From a virus: a DNA stretch of 64,000 nt. The notes beneath the pieces are model-generated. The model saw nothing but the letters and a program-made list of their open reading frames with translations. It ran no database searches and was not told the origin of the DNA. Where the stretch lies: positions 1 to 64,000 of the IMG/VR virus record IMGVR_UViG_3300007072_000007; one strand, written 5' to 3'. Shown here in pieces: positions 1 to 10,137 of this stretch (positions are counted from its first letter, which is position 1; each line of letters opens with the position of its first letter). The position numbers were made by a program, and so were the translations under genes.

Positions 1-89
1 GGCGGCAGCGGACGGAGCCGCATGGCGGGTAAGCGACGAAAGCCCATACCGTTCGCTCCGCCTCGCGTCCGTCCCTTGAGGACTCGGAC

Positions 90-614
90 ATGGCACTCCA
101 GCGCACGCAGTTCTTCTGGCGGCTGACCGGCGGCGAGACGAAGGTCACGGGAGGGGCGACCATCTACTACCCCATCAACCGCTCCCTGACCCGCACGCTG
201 AACGACGGAACGGGCATCGGGGCCGCGCAGAAGGTTGTCACCATCATCGACAGCACGACCAGCGCGTATTCGGTAGTTACCGGAAGCGTCTCCGACATCA
301 ACCTGACCAGCCTGACCGGACCCTTCGGCACGGTGAATATGACGGCGGTGAAGGGCATCCTGCTGGTCAACAAGGCGGCGGCGACCAACACGACCCATAC
401 TATCACCATGTTCGGGGCTACCGCATCAGCGTTCGTCGGTCCGCTGGGCGGGAGCAACCAGACGCTCGTTGTCCAACCAGGGGCGGCGGTTCTTCTGCTC
501 AATGACCAGGCGGGCGGGTGGACGACCAGTTCGCAGAACAACCTGCGCCTGCGGGGCGGCGCGGGGACGAACTCGGTGTCCTACGACCTGCATATCATCG
601 GCCTCGGCTCGTAA
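90..614 (+). CDS. Hypothetical protein, probably virion structural (Gly/Thr/Ser-rich)
   Basis: 174-aa ORF, ATG after GAGGA; beta-rich composition. Confidence 0.55.
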   Translation: MALQRTQFFWRLTGGETKVTGGATIYYPINRSLTRTLNDGTGIGAAQKVVTIIDSTTSAYSVVTGSVSDINLTSLTGPFGTVNMTAVKGILLVNKAAATNTTHTITMFGATASAFVGPLGGSNQTLVVQPGAAVLLLNDQAGGWTTSSQNNLRLRGGAGTNSVSYDLHIIGLGS

Positions 615-626
615 CCGGAGGCGGTC

Positions 627-1115
627 GTGGCGACGTACGCGCAATCCAGGAATCCCACCCGCACCGATGACTACGCCGCAGGCGTCAATCCCGGCGACCT
701 GTGGACGAACACGGCGACGGGAGCGCAGTACGTCTGCATCGCCAACGGACGGGGCAACGCCGTGTTTCAGCGCGTGGCGGGAAGTACGACGGTCGAGGCT
801 CCGCTGGTGTCGGGGAACGTGGCGACGGACGCAGCCGTTGCGACTACATTCACGGTGAATCTGACGGGCAACGCGACGCTGCTGGCCCCGTCCAATCCGT
901 CTCCCGGCCGCGCTCTGGTGTGGGTGATCCGGCAGGGGTCCGGCGGACCGTACACGCTGACGTTGGCTACCGGCGCTGGCGGGTTCAGGGCGGGGGTGAA
1001 CATCCCCTTGCCGCTATCGCTGTCCACGGGTGTCGGGGACGTGGATTACCTCGCTGCGAAGTACGACGCCATCGACGGATACTGGGACGTGGTGGCGTTT
1101 ATGAAAGGGTACTGA
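627..1115 (+). CDS. Hypothetical virion/tail-fibre-associated protein
   Basis: GTG start after GGAGG; 'VNLTGNATLLAPSNP...VIRQGSGGPYTLT...DVDYLAAKYD' resembles C-terminal modules of phage fibre-type proteins. Confidence 0.55.
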   Translation: MATYAQSRNPTRTDDYAAGVNPGDLWTNTATGAQYVCIANGRGNAVFQRVAGSTTVEAPLVSGNVATDAAVATTFTVNLTGNATLLAPSNPSPGRALVWVIRQGSGGPYTLTLATGAGGFRAGVNIPLPLSLSTGVGDVDYLAAKYDAIDGYWDVVAFMKGY

Positions 1116-1116
1116 T

Positions 1117-1587
1117 ATGGCGTTTCAGTCGGCATCCATGACATTCGGGTTTACCGGGCTGGAAACGAAGTCCTACGGCGGGGTTTCGATTTCGTGGCGA
1201 CCCTCCATCGTCCAGACGTTTCGCTGGGGCTTCGGCAACACCGGGACGATGGCCGACACGCTCGCGGTGATCGAGAAGATAGATGTGGGGTCCGGTACGC
1301 AGGTCTCCTTCCGTGCAGACTCGGTACAGCCCTTGAACCCAGGCTACCCCATAACGGCGGTGAAGATATACGCTTTTCTTCTGGAAAATACCGGGGTGGT
1401 TCAGTTGTACACCTTCGGCGCGGGTTTCACGGAATCGATTTTTCACACTACGTCCGCGGTTCCCGTAGGCGGTTTGGTGCAGGCGTATAACCCAGTCGGA
1501 TGGGATATAGACGGTTTTTCAACGATCCAGTTTGAAGGGGAAGGCAACGCGCATGTGTCCTTCCGGCTCTGGTGGGTCGGACGATGA
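1117..1587 (+). CDS. Hypothetical protein, possibly structural
   Basis: 156-aa ORF tightly coupled to the upstream gene. Confidence 0.5.
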   Translation: MAFQSASMTFGFTGLETKSYGGVSISWRPSIVQTFRWGFGNTGTMADTLAVIEKIDVGSGTQVSFRADSVQPLNPGYPITAVKIYAFLLENTGVVQLYTFGAGFTESIFHTTSAVPVGGLVQAYNPVGWDIDGFSTIQFEGEGNAHVSFRLWWVGR

Positions 1588-1907
1588 TTCGGGCACGGGC
1601 GATTTCGTCTCGTCAGTCGGTCAGGGTCATGCGAGAGGTGGCTGACTACTACGACTTCCGCGTTTACGGCCTGGGAAGGACCAGAGCCGAACGGGGATGG
1701 GTCGTCAGCGAATCCCCCCTGCGCGTCGAGATAAACGGCGCGGTGGCGGAGATTCCCGGCGTCGATGGACCCCGACCCGTCGGAATCGTGTTTCAGCGGG
1801 AAGGAGATGGCTGGCGGTTGTACGGAGTTCGATATCGGGACACCTACTGTCGTGCCAAGTTGTTGTGCTGGGCCGTGGATCAGCACAAGGTTCTTTCGGG
1901 TCAGTAA
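1584..1907 (+). CDS. Hypothetical protein
   Basis: ATGA overlap with the upstream stop; abuts the HTH gene. Confidence 0.5.
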   Translation: MIRARAISSRQSVRVMREVADYYDFRVYGLGRTRAERGWVVSESPLRVEINGAVAEIPGVDGPRPVGIVFQREGDGWRLYGVRYRDTYCRAKLLCWAVDQHKVLSGQ

Positions 1908-2132
1908 ATGGACTTGCGGAACATCATCATCCGCGAGGCTGAAAGGCAGGGTGTCTCGCTATGGGACTTGGCGAAGCGGGCTACGGCATCCCACCGGACG
2001 ACCGTTTTCCGTTACCTCAAAGGCGAAACAGACGCGCGCTCGCGCGTGGTCGAGGAACTGTTGACGGTGCTGGGCCTGCGGATTGAATCATCGAGTCGGA
2101 AATCAGGCGGGGAAACCCCCCGCCATAAGTAG
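1908..2132 (+). CDS. XRE/Cro-type helix-turn-helix protein
   Basis: 74 aa; 'GVSLWDLAKRATASHRTTVFRYLKGETD' HTH pattern. Confidence 0.8.
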   Translation: MDLRNIIIREAERQGVSLWDLAKRATASHRTTVFRYLKGETDARSRVVEELLTVLGLRIESSSRKSGGETPRHK

Positions 2133-2163
2133 GGCCTTTCGTTGGTCTGGTCGGCCAGGTAGT

Positions 2164-2180
2164 ATTTACGCTGCGTAGAA
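2164..2180. promoter_or_regulatory. Degenerate copy of 17-bp palindrome (ATTTACGCTGCGTAGAA)
   Basis: 2 mismatches; just upstream of the RBS of the 2192 gene. Confidence 0.7.
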
Positions 2181-2191
2181 ACGAGGTGTCT

Positions 2192-5100
2192 ATGCCCATC
2201 CGTGAAATGCTTTCGTCCCTGTTCGGTCTTCCGGTGGTTCGCGTCCGCGAGGCTTCGCGGCTGGACGAATCCGACGACTCGCCGGAGTTCATCGCGCGCG
2301 AGGTCGCGTCCGCGACGCTCGACCGGCATAACGACACCGCGAAGTCGGTCGCCGTGCTCGAAGGCGACGCCTACGCCGTGGTCGGCGACCGTATCGCTGT
2401 CCTCATCGAGCCGGACGGGAACATGGTCGCCCAGCGCATCCCCCGTTTCGGTGGCGACTCCGGTTCCGCGCGGGTCGTGTCGGAAGCGTTCACGCGAGAT
2501 GACGCTTACAGCATCGCTTCCGAGTTGGGCAGCATGGCCTCGTTGCGCCGTCCGGTCCGTGTCCAGGTCGTATCCCTTCTGGCGGACTACTTCTCCTATG
2601 CCAGCCTGCCCGGATTCGACCGAAACCAGTTCTTTCGGGACGCGGGTGTTACGCCGTCCCAAGTGGACCGCGCTTCTCACGACGAGGAAGCGGCTGAGGA
2701 AGCGGCTGAGGAAGCGGCCGAAATCTACCGGATGGAGCGCGTCATCCTCGAAACCTGCGACCCGGCGAAGATTCCGCAGGATGCCGCTCAGGAGTTCGAC
2801 GACGCGAAGGCCGCTACCGACGTGGACGGCGCGCTTGCGGCGTTCGCCCGCATCGTGACCGAGGCGGGAAGCATCACCGAAGCGGCGGCCAAGCGGTTTC
2901 TCAACCGCAGCCAGCGGAAGATGCTGGCACGGAACCGCTCTCGGCGCACGGGGGCTGAGCGGGTTCGGGCGCGGGAGCGCAAGCGAAACCGGATTCAACT
3001 CAACCGGCAGGCCCGCATCTACTACCGGAAGCATCGGAATCTCATCAAACGTCGCCGTCGTCGCTATGCCGCGATGGAGGGGGCGCTGGACTCCATCACC
3101 GGCCCCTTGGAGTTCACTCAGGCCCTCTCCGCTTTGCTGGAAGCGGCGCGAATCCCCTACGCCTCGGTCGCCGAGGGAGAGACGGGGGAAGTGCTGGTCC
3201 CGGAGCGGGTTTCGGACACGCTGCTGGAAAACCTCGATGGAACCGCGACGTGGGCCGACGTGCTGCTGGAGTTCGAGAAGCGGTATGACGAAGACGACTA
3301 CCGTGGCGCGCAGGCGGGGGCGGTTCAGGCGGCTGCCAAAACGGGCAAGCCGCATTTCCTGTACGTCACCGTGGACTCGATGGGCCGTGAATCGTTCTAC
3401 GCAAGCGACGAAGACCCCAATACGTTTTCGGCTGGAGGGGAAACGGTCTATCCCATCGCCAAGTTCCTGCCTGACGGTCTTTCCGTGTCCTTCAAGCGGG
3501 TCGGAAACAAGTGGGTCGAGTTCAGTGACGGGTCGAACCAGGCGCGGCGGTTGGCCGCAAGCGTCGGCTTGGAGGAGCAGTACGACGACGATGACGACAG
3601 CGACGACGAGGACAGTGAGGACTACGAAGGGGATGATGACGCAGAAGAAGACGACGAGGAGGATGAACAGGACGAGGCGTTGATCGAGAAGGTCGCGCAG
3701 ATGTACGACGACGGCGTGGATGAGGACGAGATCGCTGAGGTAGTGCGTCGTGCTTACCACGCGGCAGGTTTTGTGTCCGGTAATAATCGTGGGTCCGCAA
3801 CCCGGCGTAATGTCGTGTCGCTGACGGAGGTGTCCGCCCCGAAGTTCACGAAGGTCCACTTCACGGCGGTCGCCAAGATCATCGCCGACCTCGACCTGCC
3901 AATCGAAAAGAAACTCGCGGTCGCCTATGCGTTCGCGGACTACTTCGAGTCCCAGTCTTCGCTGTTCAAGCGCGATCTGTTCGTCAATGCCGTCCGAACC
4001 GGCAGCAAGCCTCGCAAGGATGATCCCCCGACGGACGAGTCCGCCGAGGTGGAGGAGGCGAAGAAAGCCGCCCGGCGCAGGCGCGCTGTGATCGACTACT
4101 GGCGCACCACGGACGGCGGGCACAGGGTCGGGTTCAAGGGTCGTCCGCCCAGGGGCATCCCTACGGCGGGTAATCCGATTGTGCTGGACCTGCTCAACAA
4201 AGGCGGTCGGGCCAAGGGAAAGAGGCGGCGTCGGGACGAGGCGCTCGGTACGCGATTCGACGATGAGGGCGGCGCGGGCAGCGGGCCTATCGGCGAAGCC
4301 CGCCGGACCAAGAATCCCGCCGAGATGTCGAGCGATGAAGTGGACAGCGATACTCGGATGCCGATGAGTGGTCGTGAGATCATCGACACACTGGATTGGG
4401 TACGGACCCGCAGGGCACTGAAGGGGTTTCCCGACACAGTGCATGCGCTGTTCGTAGCGAACGCGATGCGGCTGAAGAGACCGTATAGCAAGAAAGCCGC
4501 CGCCGAATACGGGCTTACCCAAACGCGGGCTGAGTGGGACAAGCAGCAGCACGAGCCTACCGACGAAGCCAAGCGCATCCCGCACGGCATGGTTCCGTGC
4601 AGCGTGAAGACCCACCACTCCGCGTGGCTGGTGACATTCGGCAACGGTAAGGACTTGTTGCTACCGTCCGACTTCGACCAAGCGGCCTTCGCTGCCAACG
4701 CGCTGGGCGGCCTGAAGGCTCCGCGTGACTGGGATGGCACGCCAAGCACCCTCCCCGGCTTTGACGACTTCGACCCCGGAGACATCTACGCCTGCCCGGA
4801 CGAATATCAGGGCATGGCCGAGTCGTCAGGTGGTGTGGTAGTGACCTCCGGTATGAAGGTCCGCGAGGCACAGGACGAAACCGGATGCGCCGAGGATGAG
4901 CAATACATCCACGGTCGGGACATCTGGACCCCCGACTACGAGAACTGGTACATCGGCGACGAGAAGATTCACGAAGGCCCGGCCAGCGGCATCCGTGACG
5001 TGATGGAGAAGCACCTGGCTGACGCCGCCGACAAGGACTTCCACGTTTTCCTGCGCTTCGAGGACGGGACGCACCAGTTGCTCTACGACTTCATCGACGA

Positions 5101-5419
5101 TTCCGTGCAGAACGGAAACGGCAAGCGGCAGGACAACGACGAGGAGGATGACGATGCCCGCGCGTCGAACATCGCGCGCCTACGGCGAGAACGCCCGTGG
5201 CTCGCCCACCTTTCCGACGCCGACCTGCTGGCGGTCGAGTGCGTTCGGTTTCCGAAGGACCGTTTGACGGAGTTCAACGAGGTCGCCAAGCGCGCCGGAG
5301 CGGACGCCGAACAGACCTACGCGACGGTGGAAGGCGACGAAATGGTGGTCGCGTTGCCGAGGCCGGTCCTGAGAAAAGTCCGCGCGTTCTTCAACGGAAA
5401 CGGGGTCGTGTACGGATGA
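2192..5419 (+). CDS. Large multi-segment protein, probable internal head/prohead-core protein
   Basis: ~1075 aa; RBS GAGGTG; alternating acidic and Arg-rich tracts, EEAA x3 repeat at 2684-2719; upstream of protease and capsid genes. Confidence 0.55.
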   Translation: MPIREMLSSLFGLPVVRVREASRLDESDDSPEFIAREVASATLDRHNDTAKSVAVLEGDAYAVVGDRIAVLIEPDGNMVAQRIPRFGGDSGSARVVSEAFTRDDAYSIASELGSMASLRRPVRVQVVSLLADYFSYASLPGFDRNQFFRDAGVTPSQVDRASHDEEAAEEAAEEAAEIYRMERVILETCDPAKIPQDAAQEFDDAKAATDVDGALAAFARIVTEAGSITEAAAKRFLNRSQRKMLARNRSRRTGAERVRARERKRNRIQLNRQARIYYRKHRNLIKRRRRRYAAMEGALDSITGPLEFTQALSALLEAARIPYASVAEGETGEVLVPERVSDTLLENLDGTATWADVLLEFEKRYDEDDYRGAQAGAVQAAAKTGKPHFLYVTVDSMGRESFYASDEDPNTFSAGGETVYPIAKFLPDGLSVSFKRVGNKWVEFSDGSNQARRLAASVGLEEQYDDDDDSDDEDSEDYEGDDDAEEDDEEDEQDEALIEKVAQMYDDGVDEDEIAEVVRRAYHAAGFVSGNNRGSATRRNVVSLTEVSAPKFTKVHFTAVAKIIADLDLPIEKKLAVAYAFADYFESQSSLFKRDLFVNAVRTGSKPRKDDPPTDESAEVEEAKKAARRRRAVIDYWRTTDGGHRVGFKGRPPRGIPTAGNPIVLDLLNKGGRAKGKRRRRDEALGTRFDDEGGAGSGPIGEARRTKNPAEMSSDEVDSDTRMPMSGREIIDTLDWVRTRRALKGFPDTVHALFVANAMRLKRPYSKKAAAEYGLTQTRAEWDKQQHEPTDEAKRIPHGMVPCSVKTHHSAWLVTFGNGKDLLLPSDFDQAAFAANALGGLKAPRDWDGTPSTLPGFDDFDPGDIYACPDEYQGMAESSGGVVVTSGMKVREAQDETGCAEDEQYIHGRDIWTPDYENWYIGDEKIHEGPASGIRDVMEKHLADAADKDFHVFLRFEDGTHQLLYDFIDDSVQNGNGKRQDNDEEDDDARASNIARLRRERPWLAHLSDADLLAVECVRFPKDRLTEFNEVAKRAGADAEQTYATVEGDEMVVALPRPVLRKVRAFFNGNGVVYG

Positions 5420-5432
5420 ACGCTGCGTAAAT
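5416..5432. promoter_or_regulatory. Degenerate palindrome copy (ATGAACGCTGCGTAAAT)
   Basis: 2 mismatches; overlaps the stop codon of the upstream gene. Confidence 0.65.
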
Positions 5433-5494
5433 GGGGTGGACGTTCTCCCCTCGCTGCGGTTATCATGTTCCGGTAGTCGAAACAGGAGTCAAAC

Positions 5495-6520
5495 ATGCCC
5501 ATCGTGATTGAGCACGTCAGCGACGACATTGAGCAGGCCGATGTCGATTCCCTTTACACGCCGGACGGGAACCTGACCGTCGAAGGTCAACTCATCGAGG
5601 ACTTCCTGAACTGGGTGGACTGGTCGCCCATCTTCGAGGATGCCTACTTCGACGCCATCAAGTACCGCACGACTGTTCCTGCCGACGCCATCGACGAGGA
5701 CGGCGAACCGGCGTTCTGGTCCCTGGACGAGAACGACGACGGCGACGGGCTGGTTACGATTGAGAGCATCGTCGGCGAGGACTTGGGCGACTACATCGAC
5801 GAGGACGACCTGTTCGAGTCGTTCTGCTACTACATCGAGAACCTGCCGGAGGACACGCTGGAAGAAAAGACCCGCAAGGCGGTCGGCCTTGCGATGGTCG
5901 GTCTGGAAGAGTCGAAGCGGTTCGGCCCCCGCGCAGTCAAAGAAATCATCGGTGGCGTCACCAAGGTCCGGCCCGCGTCGGCCGGGCCGTACCCCGGCAA
6001 GTTCAAGAACCTGCTGCGCAGGAAGAATCAAGCACCGCTCGCCAAGCGGCAGTTGAAGGCGATGTATTACAAGGGCGTGTACGACTACCGGACCAGGAAA
6101 GACGGTAACAAGCGCGTTGCGGTCGTCACCTACAAGTCGAGCGGCGTTCCGGCGGCGGTGAAGAAGTACAACAAGGTGAAAGCGATGATGCGGCAGAGTT
6201 CCAGCCTGCGGACGGCCCGGAAACTCGCTGGGAAGGACGCGAGCGGGGAGACCAAGGCCAAGGCTGTCGCCGGAAAGGCTACACCGAAGGTCAAGGCTGT
6301 CGCCGGAAAGGCTACACCGAAGGTCAAGAAAACGGCGGTGAAGCCGGTCAAGAAGGTTGCGAAGAAGGGCAAGTCGGTTCGACTGGCCGCGAGCGTCGGC
6401 GGTGAGGGCGGCGCGTACGCGCCTTCGGCTGGCCTGACGGAAGGCGCGTCGCTGGTGGCGGGTGTGTTCGCCCACCGCGCGAGCCAGACCGTGAATCTCC
6501 GCATCGACGAGAATCAGTAG
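5495..6520 (+). CDS. Hypothetical protein with acidic N-half and Lys/Ala-rich histone-H1-like C-half
   Basis: RBS AGGAG; KAVAGKATPKV repeated twice; KKTAVKPVKKVAKKGK. Confidence 0.65.
   Translation: MPIVIEHVSDDIEQADVDSLYTPDGNLTVEGQLIEDFLNWVDWSPIFEDAYFDAIKYRTTVPADAIDEDGEPAFWSLDENDDGDGLVTIESIVGEDLGDYIDEDDLFESFCYYIENLPEDTLEEKTRKAVGLAMVGLEESKRFGPRAVKEIIGGVTKVRPASAGPYPGKFKNLLRRKNQAPLAKRQLKAMYYKGVYDYRTRKDGNKRVAVVTYKSSGVPAAVKKYNKVKAMMRQSSSLRTARKLAGKDASGETKAKAVAGKATPKVKAVAGKATPKVKKTAVKPVKKVAKKGKSVRLAASVGGEGGAYAPSAGLTEGASLVAGVFAHRASQTVNLRIDENQ
6259..6328 (+). repeat. 33-bp perfect tandem duplication encoding KAVAGKATPKV
   Basis: caaggctgtcgccggaaaggctacaccgaaggt x2. Confidence 0.9.
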
Positions 6521-6535
6521 TATGCGAGGCAGTTC

Positions 6536-6874
6536 ATGCCAGACGGTCCCGACATACGCCCCGTCGAGGGTCTGACAGAATCCGCCGAGCAAGCCCTGCG
6601 AACATCCTCAATCTCCTCGGGATTAGCCGCCGTAGCCGCCAGAGCGAAAACCGCTCGGCCTGCGGCGGCTGTTCTTTCCGCCCGCCCGCAGCATCCCCCG
6701 TCCCGACCGCGCACGCTGGCGGATTTCGTCCGTGAGGTTTCAGACGGCTCGGACGATATCCTGGACGGCAGCACGCGCCCCGTTCCGGTGCGCTTCGGCG
6801 ATTCCGGTACGGCGGGCCGTCCGTCGTCCGGTGCGGGCATGGCGGCTGCTGCGCTGCGCAGGTTGCGGACATAG
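6536..6874 (+). CDS. Hypothetical protein
   Basis: 112-aa ORF in operon position with GAGG RBS. Confidence 0.5.
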   Translation: MPDGPDIRPVEGLTESAEQALRTSSISSGLAAVAARAKTARPAAAVLSARPQHPPSRPRTLADFVREVSDGSDDILDGSTRPVPVRFGDSGTAGRPSSGAGMAAAALRRLRT

Positions 6875-6888
6875 AAACGGGAACGAGG

Positions 6889-7317
6889 ATGCCTCTTCTG
6901 GCGGTCGTTGTCGGAAACGTCGATGCCGAAGCGATGGCTCGTCGGCATGGATGCGAGGTCGGGAAGCCCGGCTACCTGAAATATGTTCTCGAATCGAATA
7001 CCATCGTCGCCGTGCGCGATCTGAAGGACGTGGTGAAGGTCGCGGACGAAGCAAGGCGTTGTGGATTCACGTTGGGCGTGTTCGGGGCTGGTACGTTCCT
7101 TCAGGAGCAACTACGTTCGTTCTTCGCAACCCCGGCCGGTCCGGGCGAACGTCGAAAGAACAGGACTCTGCCGTCGGGGTCTGCGGCCCGCCGCAGACCT
7201 GATGACCGGGCGGATAATCGACATGAGGCTCACGGTTCCCCAGCCAGTCCGAATCGTCGCTTCCGGCGCGGTCGCTCTCCATTCGACCAGCCCGCTCCCC
7301 GGCACGGTCGGGGTTAG
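6889..7317 (+). CDS. Hypothetical protein
   Basis: 142-aa ORF; 3' end overlaps the next gene. Confidence 0.4.
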   Translation: MPLLAVVVGNVDAEAMARRHGCEVGKPGYLKYVLESNTIVAVRDLKDVVKVADEARRCGFTLGVFGAGTFLQEQLRSFFATPAGPGERRKNRTLPSGSAARRRPDDRADNRHEAHGSPASPNRRFRRGRSPFDQPAPRHGRG

Positions 7318-8347
7318 CCTCGCCCGTCGGCTGGAGCGCGGGTCCATCGGCCTCGCCCAACTGGTTCGCGGGGCCGAGTACGTCGCCTGCCGGTTCCGGC
7401 GTGTGCAGGAAGCCCGAAACCTTCTCTACACGCCGGAAACGTCGGCTCTGCTTCGGTCGTGGGCGATGCACGGCGGGGACGCTGGCGCGGACTGGTTCCT
7501 GCGGGAGCGGAAAGCCGCGTCCGACGCCGGGGTGCTTCCCCCTGCCCCCCTGCTTTCCGTGTTCACGCTTCAACCGGAGGACATCTACAAGCGGTTCAAT
7601 CTCGGCGCGTGGAGGTTCGAGTATGGCCTGACTCCAGCCAAAGCGGCGCGTTTCGTCGAGGATTATGCGGAGGCGACAGGGAGGCAACTCGACTACCGCC
7701 GCGCTTTCGGGGACGCCGCTCCGGCCGTCATCAACGCCGTCTATCGCAGGACGGTCGGGATGTCGCCCATTCAGGCGGCCTATCACGCCATGCTGAGGCG
7801 GGGGTACGGTCAAGGGATGGACAGCGCGCTGCGAAACGGCTGGAGGACTCAGGAGGACGGGCTGGGGGACTTCCGCTGGCCCGACGTGGTAGCGTACTTC
7901 GCCGTCGCGTCGGAACAGCCGGGTTTTCTCAACGACCTGCACCAGCGCATGCCGCCGATTCCCGACGACGGGGATGGGGTCGGCCGCACGTCCCGCTGGC
8001 CCGCGCCCGTCCGTGCGATCCTTTCGAGATTCCACCCGTCCGGCGCGCTGTATGACCGCTACGCGAGCGTCGCTCCGCCCGTGATGGCCCTGCTGCGGAA
8101 GGTCGTGGATGGCGAGCGTGTTTCGTGGGCCGAGGCGGACGCGGTTCTCGCCCGCATCGCCGCGTATCAGCGGGAGAAGACCGTGGACGCAGGATTCGGG
8201 TCTTATCGCATCCTCGCCGAGTTCGTAGCCGCCGGGGACTGGTTTTCGCTCCATGCGTCCATCCCTCTCGATTCGGAGATGCGGGTCGCTTTCCTGCGGT
8301 TCGCGCAGTACCTCGACCGGATGATGCCATTTACGCAGCGTAAATAG
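7223..8347 (+). CDS. Hypothetical head-region protein
   Basis: N-terminal 'GTVGVSLARRL...SWAMHGGDAGADW' resembles a 'WGGDAG' module of phage head-associated proteins; start may be 7202. Confidence 0.55.
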   Translation: MRLTVPQPVRIVASGAVALHSTSPLPGTVGVSLARRLERGSIGLAQLVRGAEYVACRFRRVQEARNLLYTPETSALLRSWAMHGGDAGADWFLRERKAASDAGVLPPAPLLSVFTLQPEDIYKRFNLGAWRFEYGLTPAKAARFVEDYAEATGRQLDYRRAFGDAAPAVINAVYRRTVGMSPIQAAYHAMLRRGYGQGMDSALRNGWRTQEDGLGDFRWPDVVAYFAVASEQPGFLNDLHQRMPPIPDDGDGVGRTSRWPAPVRAILSRFHPSGALYDRYASVAPPVMALLRKVVDGERVSWAEADAVLARIAAYQREKTVDAGFGSYRILAEFVAAGDWFSLHASIPLDSEMRVAFLRFAQYLDRMMPFTQRK

Positions 8348-8373
8348 GGTCGCGGGATTTACGCAGCGTAAAT
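8329..8373. repeat. Two perfect copies of ATTTACGCAGCGTAAAT (8329-8345, 8357-8373)
   Basis: Read directly from sequence. Confidence 0.95.
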
Positions 8374-8455
8374 CCGTGTTGTAAGGCACCCAGCGCGTCG
8401 GGTATATTCACGTTGCCCGCACTACGGTTGCTGGGTGTCTTTACAGGAGTCAGTC

Positions 8456-8800
8456 ATGCCGTTGCAAACCGCACAGGTCGATGCGTTTCCGTTGACCGCT
8501 TCTCCCGCTCCGGTCTTCGAGATTCGGAGAAACGAGAAGGTCGATTTCGTCTTCGAGAATCCGTCCGAGACGGACTTCACCGTTACGGTGCAGTTCGGGA
8601 CCAACTCGACTACGTTCTCGAACAGCACGTCGGCGAACGGGACGGCTGTTGTCAATCAGACAGTCGTTGCCAAAGGTCGGTACAACGTGACGCTTGTGCC
8701 GATGAAAGACCAGACGCACATCAAAATCGTCGTCTCGTCCGGCGGCTATGGGCGTTTCACGGTGCGACCCGGCAGCGCGTTGATTCCGCTGAAGTTCTAA
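8456..8800 (+). CDS. Small beta-rich protein, possible head decoration/structural
   Basis: RBS AGGAG at 8445; ATG at 8456. Confidence 0.6.
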   Translation: MPLQTAQVDAFPLTASPAPVFEIRRNEKVDFVFENPSETDFTVTVQFGTNSTTFSNSTSANGTAVVNQTVVAKGRYNVTLVPMKDQTHIKIVVSSGGYGRFTVRPGSALIPLKF

Positions 8801-8828
8801 GCGTCCCCGCAGTCGGCAGGAGGATGCC

Positions 8829-9260
8829 ATGAATCGCGGAACTTACCGTGTTCTCACGCACTACTTCGCCATCGAGAAAATCCCGCAGCAGGCTGACGAT
8901 ACCTTCGCCATCATCAAGCGGGACGGGTTCACCAACCACGTCGGGATTCTGTACGGGGCGGTGTTCAACGACGGGTCCGGTGCGTTCACGTTCTCAGTGC
9001 AGGAATCAAGCGATAATGGCAATGCCGACCCCTACGCGAACGTGACCATCCGAAGCGGAGGGGCTGGCGTTTCCTCGGTTGCCGTGGTCGGCGGCGGTAT
9101 CGTCGAGTTCGTCGTCGAGTGGGTGGCGTTGTTCCAAACGTCGAACTACCTGCGATTCCGTGCCGTGCCCGCGAGCGGAGCGGGCGGGCCGAAGGGGGTT
9201 CTGGCCTTGTCCCACGCCGTCGGCGCGGTGGAGTTCAGAACCGTGTTGGGGAACCCATGA
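8829..9260 (+). CDS. Small beta-rich protein, possible structural
   Basis: RBS AGGAGG; 'FTFSVQESSDNG' pattern. Confidence 0.6.
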   Translation: MNRGTYRVLTHYFAIEKIPQQADDTFAIIKRDGFTNHVGILYGAVFNDGSGAFTFSVQESSDNGNADPYANVTIRSGGAGVSSVAVVGGGIVEFVVEWVALFQTSNYLRFRAVPASGAGGPKGVLALSHAVGAVEFRTVLGNP

Positions 9261-9814
9261 GGATCGACGAAGCCATCACGCCGGGACTCATCAAGGCCGT
9301 TTCCCGAAACGGCCTGCGCCGTCTTTGCGATTGCGGGTTTCCGCTTCCGAAGTATCCCGGACGCTACCCGAAGTCCTGCCCCGTCTGCGGTGAGCCTTTC
9401 GAGCCGCACGACCGCCCTCCGCCAGAAACCGACGACACGGAGCCTAACGTCGAGGAACCTGACGCCGCGCCCGTCGGCGAGTCGTTCGACGAGGCGGCGC
9501 GTAGCCGGTTCGGAAAGCCGCTGGACAAGGACAAGAGGCGGAAGTTCATCGCCGTCGCCAGTCGGCTCGGTCTGGATGGCAACGGAAGGTTCGAGACGGT
9601 CGGGCATGTGATGGCAAGTCTCAACTCCGCCCTGAAGGAAATCGGTTTCTACCCCGACCTGACGCTGTACGCGAGCACGGCGAACAAGGAGGAGGCGGTC
9701 CTGAGCGTTCCGATTCGGTCGGACGAGGAGCCTGAGACGGACTGGAAATCGGACGTGCGGCTGTCCTGGGCCAAGTTGGGCGACAAGTACGAGGCGGTCG
9801 CCTACCTGACATGA
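9257..9814 (+). CDS. Hypothetical protein with N-terminal Zn ribbon
   Basis: CDCG...CPVCG; ATGA overlap. Confidence 0.6.
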   Translation: MRIDEAITPGLIKAVSRNGLRRLCDCGFPLPKYPGRYPKSCPVCGEPFEPHDRPPPETDDTEPNVEEPDAAPVGESFDEAARSRFGKPLDKDKRRKFIAVASRLGLDGNGRFETVGHVMASLNSALKEIGFYPDLTLYASTANKEEAVLSVPIRSDEEPETDWKSDVRLSWAKLGDKYEAVAYLT

Positions 9815-10137
9815 CAACACGACGGAACAATCCTCCCCTGCCTGCCGTGCTGCCGGGCCGGTTCTTCGTGCTGGAATACGAGCCGGAGTCCGAGTGCTAC
9901 TACCTGACGGTCGATGACGACGACCGTTCAAGTTTTCGGCTGGGGCATGACGTGCAGGCCGTCATGGACCGGATGAGAGGGTGGGGGGTGTATCGGATCG
10001 GGTGCGAGGGACTGGACAAGGCCAAGGCGTTCGGGGTGGTGCAGGTCATACCGGAGGAGAATCGCGTCGTGCTCATCAATCCGCCGAACCCGACGCCTGC
10101 GTATGTTTTCGATGACGAGGAAAACGGCGATGACTGA
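9811..10137 (+). CDS. Hypothetical protein
   Basis: ATGA coupling; 108 aa. Confidence 0.55.
   Translation: MTTRRNNPPLPAVLPGRFFVLEYEPESECYYLTVDDDDRSSFRLGHDVQAVMDRMRGWGVYRIGCEGLDKAKAFGVVQVIPEENRVVLINPPNPTPAYVFDDEENGDD

Noticed and set aside
3580-3680. GAC/GAT/GAG-rich low-complexity tracts (also 46400-46550, 48311-48337)
   Set aside because: They are explained by poly-Asp/Glu coding linkers.
2012-4618. Long minus-strand ORFs (868 aa here; also 48634-50466, 25427-26980, 55279-56685 and others)
   Set aside because: They are antisense shadows of well-supported + strand genes in GC-rich DNA, with no motifs or RBS.
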